The translations under genes were made by a program, and so were the position numbers. DNA of 64,000 bases from Antedon mediterranea (lineage: Eukaryota; Animalia; Echinodermata): the NCBI RefSeq assembly GCF_964355755.1, contig NC_092679.1, forward strand, positions 13,871,432-13,935,431, given 5' to 3'. Of the stretch, positions 50,928 to 61,747 are shown in pieces; the first letter of the stretch is position 1; every line of letters starts with the position of its first letter. A model generated the notes under the pieces. That model did no database searches and was not told where the DNA came from. It was given only the letters and a program-made list of their open reading frames with translations.

Positions 50928-52017
50928 ATTGGAGAGATTCTAGATGCATAACAAAAACGTAGATCCATGCTAATGTACTTGCGCTTTATCTATACATCAA
51001 ATATACATCAACATAATTTTATGATTCGGTGAAAATACAAAAATGCTACATATTTATATGCAATGCAATTGCAAATTTATATAATCATAAGCTTTCATTT
51101 TTATGCCATATATCAATATGTATGACTTTTAAGATTGTTTACTAACTTATTTAATACCCGAGTATATATTGTTGTGGCTTAAATGATGTCATTACATTGT
51201 TCAAAATATATTTGACATATGTTTGTGTTGTTATACATGTCATAAGTTTTAATTTGATACAAAAATTGACATGTTTATTGTAACTGGGGCCTCACTGGTC
51301 ACTTATTTGAGTTGAATAGGAGTCAACTAGCCACACTAGCTAGTGAGATTGCTATTATACGTCGCTTGGCATTATGCAAATCAATCCAGGTAAGCATACG
51401 TTCAACAATGATTAAGTAATAGTTAGCTCAGTTACGCATACTGCCGTTTCATTTTTCACAAAGTTATGTAATTTATTTATTATATATTATAAACACAAGA
51501 GGCAAAGAACATTAATTCTAACCCGCCCGGTGATATACTGAACAGCGGTCCGAGTTCGAGTCTCGGTTGGGGCGATTTTTTCTCATTCTCACAGATTTCC
51601 TCATCTTTATCGTTTCAAATTTATTATATATTATATATATTTCATGTAGTTCCGTGGTGTTTGTACGTCATAAGCTTTAATTTAATACCAAACATGCCAT
51701 ATTAATTTCCCACGAAGTTATGTAATATATTATGGATGTGGCTTTGATGACGTCATTATATTGTGAAATTATATTGTTCTTATGATAGTGGTATTGTACA
51801 TGTCATATGCTTTAATTTGATACCAAACTTGCCATATTTAATTATTTGTTTAATTTTTTCACGAAGTTATGTAATATATAATAAGTGTGGCTTTGATGAA
51901 GTCATTATATTGGAAAATTATATTTTCTCATGTGAGTGGTATTGTACATTTAATAAGCTATAATTTGATACTAAACTTGACATATTTATGTAATTTTCTA
52001 TAGCTATATAATATATT

Positions 52018-52605
52018 AACAAGGCCATATACATGGCTGCAGTTGCGTGCTCAAGTTAGTGTTTACCGACCGACCAACCAACCGACCGAAATTGCTGAAC
52101 ATATTTAAAAATGTTGAAAATGTTTAAAAACATATATATACATATATTTTTTTAATTTACACATGCGTAGCCTGTCACTTTTGACGTGCTCGTATAACGT
52201 AATTTCCAGTTGGAAAGTGAATCAAATATCATGACATTTATTAAAAGAAAGGTGCAGTGCGCGTGCAAAAATCTGCGCACTTATTGCAATTAAATTATTT
52301 TTTTTTTAAATTTCCTGAAACGTACTTTAATTTCATCGAAAATAAATTTGACATTTTTGAAAATTTTAAGCGCGCGTACACATGCGTTATATGCGCTACG
52401 CACGTTGCCATTATGATGAAATATGATCTGAAATTTATGAGTACCAAATTTTATTTAATTGTGATTCATGCTTGTGAAGATATGATTACACGTGATTTCG
52501 TTAAATCGTGCGTAGACCGCGTAATTTTTTAGTCTTGGCCATAAGAAATATACTCTGAAAATATGACTTACCGACCAACCGACCAACCGACCGACATAGT
52601 GAGCT
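52018..52605 (+). mobile_element. DINE/HINE-like repeat copy
   Basis: Matches the 21832-22666 family. Confidence 0.7.
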
Positions 52606-52639
52606 GCAGAATATTCCCTTCATTTGAGGTAATCTATAA

Positions 52640-53962
52640 TCTATATATAAATTATGGTTAATTCTGACATAGGCGAGCACAATGCAAAAACTTCGGTACA
52701 AATCTCCGCCTTGGATACCTACCTTATCTATCCGAGATGTACCGCGAAACGTAGATTTGATAACATTAGTGTGCACGCCGACGCTATTGTTCCATATTTA
52801 TATCTTAGGAAGATATTATAAAGAGTTTTTTAACAACATTTATGATTTCAACATTGGATTTTCCTCTCAATTTCAATTCTTCCCGGTCAAAGTAATTTCC
52901 GGGTTTAAGATAAGTTCACCTTAGTTTCAAATATTTTCTCTCTTTTATACACAAGGGAGCAGTTAAAATAATAGATTTGACCCTAAAGGTGACTGGAAAC
53001 AGGCACTTTCCATCAATCAATACAGTGTCCCTTTGGAAGACGAAAAAAAAATTGGCCATTAATCATAGCCATTTCAGTTTTTTTGTTTATTTTAAAACAT
53101 ACCACACGTGTGTGAAGGTACAGTAGTTAAATAATAGGAATTATACTGCAAATTAATAAAGATCAAATTAAATATACGCCATAAAGAATCAGAATATATT
53201 GTGGGGAATAGTATTATAAAATTACATAGGGAGATTTGATAAGACATTTTTCGAGTGAAATCCCTATAGCTGAGTTTTATTGAGTAAGCTTGCAGGAATA
53301 ACTGTAGGCTATCTTCCTGTGTCCCGTTAGGACCGAGATGTCTGCCCATGTTGCAAGCCGTAATGTCTTCTTTCTTGGGCCCACTCTGTCACGGCAGTTA
53401 GTTTCAAAAGATGATTAAATTAAATAATGTATTAATAATTATTAGGATGGTATTCATTTGAATAAACGCCTCTCCAATAAAACATCACTTTGAATAATAA
53501 CCCCCCCCCCCCCACAACCCAACTATCTAATAAACGTCCATCCACATATTTATAATAACACAATTATACTATTTGTAGTAGAATTCACCGCACTGTTATC
53601 TGCAATTTACCAAGCATTTGTTATTCTTTTTTACCACTTTTTTATATCTATGAGAGGATTTCATTTGATTATAAATGTTACCATATTATTAGAACTAAAA
53701 AATTTAACATATATCCCTCGAATAAGCACCTCCCTCAAATGACCTCCGCCTCCCCAAAGGGCCCTACTAAACAATAAAAACTATACTTTAAAATGTTATT
53801 AATCATCTAAAACACTGTGAAACAAAGTAGTTCAGTTTTACGAATGTCAAGCATTTTCAATAATGGTAACCGACAGAAAATGTATAAGGAGAACATTATC
53901 ATTCCGAGAACCATCGTCTACACTTCCTAGAGGGGGAGCGAGCGAAGCGAGCTCACCCTCTA
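52640..53962 (+). mobile_element. Non-autonomous Helitron (5' end tentative)
   Basis: A|TCTATATATAAA at 52640; 3' hairpin CTAGAGGGGGAGCGAGCGAAGCGAGCTCACCCTCTAG|T. Confidence 0.65.
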
Positions 53963-53963
53963 G

Positions 53964-54882
53964 TTATATAAATTTACGTAAGGGCAAAATTCGGTAAATC
54001 ACGCGTTATTTCTAGAATGTTTACTCGATGGTATATAAAGTTGATTAGAATCTCGGTACTGATTTAAACCACCAGATGTAACCATGTTTACTAATTAAAT
54101 TGAGTTAGATAATTAGTTATTGACAATTAAAACGAATTTAGGTTGAACGATTTGCCCCAAATAGGGGTGTTTTCCGACCGTAGTATATACTGTCTAATGG
54201 ATGTCCTCTTAAAAAATACCTGCACACAATAATACGAGGATGATAAATCACGCGTTAATTCTAGAATGTTTACTCGATGGTATATATAGTTGGTACGTAC
54301 TTTCGATACTGATTTTAACCATCTGATGTAACCCTGTTTACTAATTAAATTGAGTTAGATAATTAGTTATTGACAATACCCGCATACAATAATACGAGGA
54401 TGATTCACATTTTCCTATCTCCTCCTACGATAATTGTTTTTAATGGCTGAAAACGGGTTGAACAGCTCGAGTACAGTATCATAATGTTGAAGACAGGCCG
54501 ATTTTCTATTTTGATAGATTTAATATACGTTTATACAGTACAAATGTACTGATTTGCAATGAATGGAACATTCCAAATTAGTTGGTTTAAACATGCTTGC
54601 ATACCTCCATGGTTTAACACAAGTAGGTAAATTTATGGGCAATTAGAAAATAAACATAAATAGTATTGTAATGCTATAGGTATTAACCACTTTTGATCGC
54701 CATTTGAATCGAAAATTTCTTATTGTGTGTCTTGATAGGCCTACTGTTAGATATAATATAAACAAATATACTAATAAACTTTATTACTGTGACTGTGGGG
54801 GTAGTCCCTACTTTTAGATTACTACTTTTATATATATAATAATAATAATACTTTATTACTGACAGTTGCTTCTCCACGTTTG
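53964..54882 (+). mobile_element. 5' part of a second copy of the 15672 Helitron family
   Basis: Aligns with 15676-16690. Confidence 0.8.
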
Positions 54883-55008
54883 TACCTAGTTAAGCTTAGC
54901 CTAACTGGTAGGCTCACTGCTCTGTAGGCGCCTAGTAGTAGTAGTGTGAAGTGTAATCAGCCTACTAGGCTAGGCTTGGTCTAGTCCTGATGACTTTTAC
55001 ATTGCTTA

Positions 55009-58000
55009 TAGTCCAGTATGAAATGTAGCGATATGATAAGTTGCAGTTTTTTTTGCTATAATTGGTAAAAATTGGATATGTTGTAGAATACACATCACTG
55101 AATCCAAAAAGTATTTGCTCCATTTTTTTTTCATACGCAAGGGGGGTTGGCAGCCATTTCAAAATGGCCGCCATTTTGGACAAAATATTGTAAGTATATG
55201 GCATTAAAAGATGTTATCGAGATAGAAATTCAATCATAAAAGTAACAATAAATGTTCAAATAATATTTCACATAATTTTTGTAACTGAACAAGCCAAAAT
55301 GGCCGCCATTATGCCAAAAATGGCTTCCATTTTATCCAATATGGCCATCATTTTATCTAAAATGGCCACATATATTAATCAAATATTTCTTTCAACTTTT
55401 ATTCACATATATTTGGTAAAAATTAGATATGTTGTAGAATAGACATCACTGAATCCAAAAAGTATTTGCTCCATTTTTTTTTCATACGCAAGGAGGATTG
55501 GCAGCCATTTGAAAATGGCCCCAATTTTTGACAAAATTTTTTCAAATATTGTAAGTTTATGACATTTAAAGATGTTATCGAGATAGAAATTCAATCATAA
55601 AAGTAACAATAAATGTTCAAATAATATTTCATATTTGTGTAACAGAAAAAGCCAAAATGGCAGACATTTCAACCAAAATGGCCGCCATTTTATCCAACAT
55701 GGCCGCCATTTTTATCTGAAATGGCTACATAATCAAATTGTTTTTTTTTTAACTTTAATTAAATACATAGGCTATAACATAATGATATTTGTGTTTAATT
55801 ACTTTAATTATTCGTCGTCATTTTAGCCATCACTATCACTGTCCGAATCGGATGTAGACAACAATGGTCATATGTTGATTTGATTTGAATTCATTTGGAA
55901 AATCATCATAAAAAATACATACAAAGTGATAACATAAATTACGGACATTACAAATAATACATTTATAAAAGATTTTCCAGGATAGCCCAAAAAGCTTATC
56001 AGCTTATTTCCATTGGGATCCTTTACAATCTAAAATAAAAACATTACAAAATATTGCATTAAACACGTAAATATAACAAAAACAATAATATAAAAAACAA
56101 GTTAAATTAAAGACTATGATTGACTTATATAGTTATTTGGTAGAACAGAAATGTGATTTAACATATTTCTTAAAATTAAATTTGTTTTCTATTTGCTGAA
56201 TGGAATGAGGTAGGTTATTCCATGCCTTTATGCCTGTATAATAAAACGTAGATATTTGACTATCAGATTTAGGAACTGAAAATCCATTGACCTTACTTCT
56301 AGTCATATAATGGTGGTTAGATGAAACTCTTTTAAACTTTTCAGTTAAATAAGATACTGATTTTCCATAAAAAATCTTATGAACATGATTAAGTTTGAGT
56401 TGGCAAATTCTATCCTCTAGACATAATTGACCGATTTGGTTCAGTTCGTCTTTACCAATATGTGCACGATCATTTTTATTTAATATAAACCTAGCAACTT
56501 TATTTTGACTGGTTTGAAGTCTGTTATTCACGTCTGCTTCGCATTTACACATCTCGGTACATTATAGATCCATATATTGGCCTGGAGATGTGCACGTAGT
56601 ATGTGCTGGTGCAACGCTCCAGAAGTTGGTGGCAATTTTTCCACACCTTGATTATTTGGCAGTGTTTTGAACCGCTGACACCCTTTTAGTTCAAAGAAGA
56701 CTGCACAGAAACTTCTCGCATCCTGCCTTCCCATTGAAAGATGGCATATTGTCTTTTCCGAGTTTGACTAGAGCTTCTATGATGTGAGGAGGTGACTTCA
56801 TATACAATCTTAAAAGCTGTTTTTTTCCTGTGACCCGTAACACCACATCCAGTGATAGCATAGAAACCTGGTAGCCCGGCTGCCTTTTCTGGTCCAAGGT
56901 GATCGTATATTGGTTGAAGAGTAATTCTTCTTCCTGTTTCAGCTGTGCCTGAGTGTTAAAATTCCAGTATTTTCCCCCAAATGTTGTAGGCGCCTTAGAA
57001 TTAAAACAAACCAGTCGGTATCTTGCGTGAAGAAGTCGACTTCATTTCCTGGTGTAGATGCTATTTCAATGCCATGAGGGATCATTAGTGTATCTACCTC
57101 TTCTTGGGTGTTCACGTGACTGTTACAATAGGATGATTAATATCACCTCAGCCTGTGAATCGCTATCTCATCATCGATGGAATGGCAGTTGTTCAAACTC
57201 TTATGAATGTTCAGACTTTTACCACCTGCAAAGATTTTGTGGAGGCATTTGTAGCCTGCATAGATTCTCTACTTAACAAATACATTTATGTTGGTGGACG
57301 TGTTGTCTTTGACAATTATGAGAAGACACTTTCGCTTAAAGACAATATCCGATATCAATCATCTCCTCCTAACATTGTGGAAATTATTTTGGAAGATTCC
57401 ACACTGATTAAAAACAAAGCAATATTCTTGTCAAGCAACACGACAAAAGATCAACTCACAATTTATCTTGCCGACAAATCAGTACGAAATTGTAAACATC
57501 CTATTGTAACAGTCATGCGACAAGATGAACACAAACACACCTGAACATTCCCCAACACCACCTGTGAGCACCCAAAGAAGAGGTAGATATACTAATGATC
57601 CCTCATGGTATTGAAGTAGCATCTACACCAGGAAATGAAGTCGACTTATTTTTTTTAATTTGAAGGCGCCTACAACAGTTAGGGGAAAATTCTGGTATTT
57701 TAACAGGCACAGCTGAAACAAGAAGAATTGCTCTTTAATCAATATACGATCCCCTTGGACCGGAAAAGGCAGCCAGACTACCAGGTTTCCATGCTATCAC
57801 TGGATGTACACAGGAAAAAACAGCTTTTAAGATGTATATGAAGTCATCTCCTCACATCATAGAAGCGTTAGTCAAACTCGGAGAAGACAATGTGCCATCT
57901 TTCAATGTGAAGGCAGGATGCGAGGAGTTTCTGTGCGGTCTTATTGAAACTAAAAGGGTGTCAGCCAAAGATTCATCAACCCTGAGATGGAAACGGTTCA

Positions 58001-59498
58001 AAACACTGCCAAATAATCAAGGTGTGGAAAAATTGCCACCAACGTCTGGAGCGTTGCACCAGCACATACTACGTGCACATCTCCAGGCCAATATATATAT
58101 GGAGCCATGTAACTATTGATCCAATAATTCCTGATCCATGCCAAAACTTGGCTGGTTTATAGAGAACGGTAAACTAAGACCAGTATTATACGAGAAGCAA
58201 ACTGCTCCAGAAGCAGTTGTGGAGCTAATACGGTGTTCATGTTTAAGTACATGTTCCCATAATACATGCACGTGCAAGAAAAACAATCTACAATATACCG
58301 AGATGTGTAAATGCGAAACAGACGAGAATAACTGTCACAATAATTATATGACCATTGTTGTCTACATCCGATTCGGACAGTGATAACGAAAGTGACGACG
58401 AATAAGTAAAGTAATTAAACACAAATATTATTATGTTGTTATGTTGGTTCCTTTATAGCCCATGTATTTAATCAAAGTTAAAGAAAAAACTATTTTATTA
58501 TGTGGCCATTTCAGATAAAAATGACGGCCATGTTGGATAAAATGGAGACCATTTTGGTTGAAATGTCAGCCATTGTTCTGTTACACAAATGATGTGAAAT
58601 ATTATTTGAACATTTATTGTTACTTATATGACTGAATTTCCATCTCGATAAAACCCCCCTTGCCAACCCCCCTTGCCTATAAACACAAAATGGAGAAAAT
58701 ACTTTTTGGATTCAGTGATGTCTATTCTACAACATATCCAATTGTAAATATAGGTGAATAAAAAAAATATTTGATTGATATATGTGGCAATTTTAGATAA
58801 AATGGTAGCCATATTGGCTAAAATGACAGCCATTTTGGGCATAATAGCGGCCATTTTGACTTGTTCAGTTACAAATATGGTGTGAAATATTATTTAAACA
58901 TTTATTGTTACTTTTATGATTGAATTTCTATCTTGATAACATCTTTTAATGTCATAAACTTACAATATTTGAAACAATTTTGTCCAAAATGGCGGCCATT
59001 TTGAAATGGCTGCCAATCCCCCTTGCGTATGAAAAAAAAATGGAGCAAATACTTTTAGGATTCAGTGATGTCTATTCTACAACATATCTAATTTTTACCA
59101 AATATATGTGAATAAAAGTTTAAAAAAATATTTGATTGATATATGTGGCCATTTTAGATAAAATGGTGGCCATGTTGGATAAAATGGCAGCCATTTTGGG
59201 CATAATGCCGGCCATTTTGGCTTGTTCAGTTACAAAAATGATGTGAAATATTATGTGAACATTTATTGTTACTTTTATGATTGAATTTCTATCTCGATAA
59301 CATCTTTTAATGCCATATATACTTACAATATTTTGTCCAAAATGGCGGCCATTTTGAAATGGCTGCCAACCCCCCTTGCGTATGAAAAATAAAATGGAGC
59401 AAATACTTTTTGGATTCAGTGATGTCTATTCTACAACATATCCAAATTTTATCAAATATAGCAAAAAAAAATGCAACTTTCCAAATTATCCTAGACTA
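55009..59498. mobile_element. AcademX-like DNA transposon derivative 2 (~4.5-kb palindrome)
   Basis: TAGTC...GACTA termini with TTA on both flanks. + strand XPG-like remnants (IIDGMAVVQ, VVFDNY, EEVD, LPPTSGALHQHILRAHLQA) and a Cys-rich C-terminus (ELIRCSC..C..CTC..C.C); inverted partial copy on the minus strand. Confidence 0.82.
55876..56521 (-). mobile_element. Crack/Daphne-like LINE 3' fragment inserted in the left arm of Academ element 2
   Basis: LQTSQNKVARFIL..FYYTGIKAWNNLP; (AAATC)n tail; absent from the right arm. Confidence 0.85.
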
Positions 59499-59929
59499 TT
59501 AGCCTAGATTTCCGCATGAATACATTGTTTTTATTGTTATTCATTATTATTGTATTCCTAAATGGGATCAGGTGCCGTTTTCGGCCACCTCGACTTGTAT
59601 GGACTATTCCATTATAAAAAGATGGAAAAATAGGGGTGTCCAATTTATTCATTTTTAGTGTGCTGATTTGTTAACATACTGCTGCTTTTGTTCTTTTGTT
59701 TAGTGCATTATGTTTCAGCAACAAAGGGAAAACAACTACGCCCTGCATGCTGCAGAATTTATTGCAGTTTTTCAAGTTAATAGGCATGCTGCAGAATTTA
59801 TTGCAGTTTTTAAGTTAATACAATATTAAATATATTATATATCAATTATGGCTCTCTTTCTATATCATTTTTAAGGTATTTCTTCCCTAATACGGATATT
59901 AGGTCGATAATTTTTTAACTGATTTATTA

Positions 59930-60480
59930 TTTCTGTATCTACAATCGTTTTATTTATTTACATTTAACATTAAATGTATCAGGTCAGCAAACTAAAATAC
60001 ATATCATTATGTCAATTAATTGATTAACATTTTGTTTCTGTATCTGCAATCGTTTCATTTATTTACATTTAACAAGTAGGCCTAGTCGTACTGTACTATA
60101 GTACAGTAAACAAGGTGATCATTAAAACAAAAATACATATTATTATGTCAATGAATCTATTACCATTTTGTTTCTGTATCTACGATCGTTTCATTTATTT
60201 ACAAGTAGGACTTGTCGTACTGTACTATAGTACAGTAAAACAAAGTGATCAGTAAAACAAAAATACATATTATTATGTCAATGAACCTATTACCATTTTG
60301 TTTCTGTATCTACGATCGTTTCATTTATTTACATTTAAGTAGGCCTAGTCGTAATGTACTATAGTACTATAGTACAGTAATCGAGGTGATCATTAAAACA
60401 AAAATACATAGTATGTCAATGAATCTGTTCCTATGTTGTTTCTGTATCTACAATCGTGTTTATTTACATTTAACAGTAAA
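59930..60480 (+). repeat. ~125-bp minisatellite
   Basis: Repeated TTTCTGTATCTACGATCGTTTCATTTATTTACA..GTACTGTACTATAGTACAGTA. Confidence 0.85.
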
Positions 60481-61747
60481 TGTAAAACCACATACGATTT
60501 TCTTCTTGTGTTAAAGGGAGATAAGAAATTATTATTATTATTATTATTATTACTGTAAAAGGCTCCGGCCTCCCTAACTTGTTTTAATTAATTAATTACA
60601 AATTTTAGCATTTATTATTTGCTTTATTAATAGTAGCAAGGAGAGCACTCCTCTCCCTGCCAGTCACCCAGACCAAAGAGAGAGATGTCTCCTTGGATAC
60701 AGCTGTCTAGGCTTGGGTGTCCAGCAGGGTTCCCATCCCCCATGGGCTATTCCATTATCAAAAAATCAAAACAAAATCACTGAACCATAACAGTACGAAA
60801 AAGCAAAGTACGTGTGAAGCGGCTATCCGTTTGTGGATGAAGAAAACAATGAAATAAAAACTCTCTTATAAATTGTGATTACTATTATTTTATTCGAAAG
60901 CTATACACCACCAAATATATAAATAAGCAGACATGAGTAGCCCAGTTAAGTTTTTAGTTGATTATCTTTGATTTAATTGTATTTTGCAGGTTACGGTTCA
61001 ATTAATTTAATTGAAGAATTTGTAAACAAATGACGGCGGCCAGCTCACTTTACTGAAGACCAGGTTAATTTTTCTGTGTATTTTATGCAAGTAGGCCTAA
61101 TACATTTTCATTAAAAATAAAAGATTTTGAAATAATATTTTAGAATAGAATAGTACATGGTAGGCCTATTGAATTATAAACAAAACGAAAATAATAAACA
61201 TTTGTGTTAATTTGAATCAATTTTGTACCTCTGTTAATTTATGTTTAATTTTGATCAATAAAAAAATCATGTGATTTCTTAAATATATTTTTCTATTTTG
61301 TTTCTGTTTTTTTTATAAGAAAACCAACTTAAATCGACATTTTGATGTAACCAGATTACCCAGAATAGTTGAGTGCTACTTTGCTGCCACCAAAAACTGG
61401 TTTAAAAAAAATATTTCATTAAAAGTTTAGTATTGTAGCCCGAAATACCCGTGTAAACTTTTCCACTTTCCCAAAGGGAGAAATCAAAGTTTATCCCACT
61501 AATTGGTGGCAGCCTGGTGACACCCACTTTATGGGGTAAACTAAGCATATATTTTTTACAGTGATCTATATATAGATTTAAGGCCCGGTCACACCTAACC
61601 GATAACTATCGGACGTGAAATATCGGTCGTGACTTATCGTTCTCAATCGCGGTCACACTTCAACCGAAATCGTTTCGTTGTGATGACGCCCCCAACGGTT
61701 AGAAAAAGTTGTTGTTGTTGTATGTACGTAATTAAAGTTAAAATTAC

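Larger units (their letters stand above)
46311..50932 (+). repeat. Tandem ~278-bp hammerhead-containing unit (retrozyme or Penelope-LTR-like); the first unit is split by the LINE
   Basis: 46311-46382 matches 50756-50826; 50549-50652 matches 50827-50932. Confidence 0.8.

Noticed and set aside
56133-56552. 139-aa ORF starting MCKCEAD as a novel fusion gene
   Set aside because: Chance in-frame junction between the Academ arm and an inserted LINE fragment, with no expression evidence.
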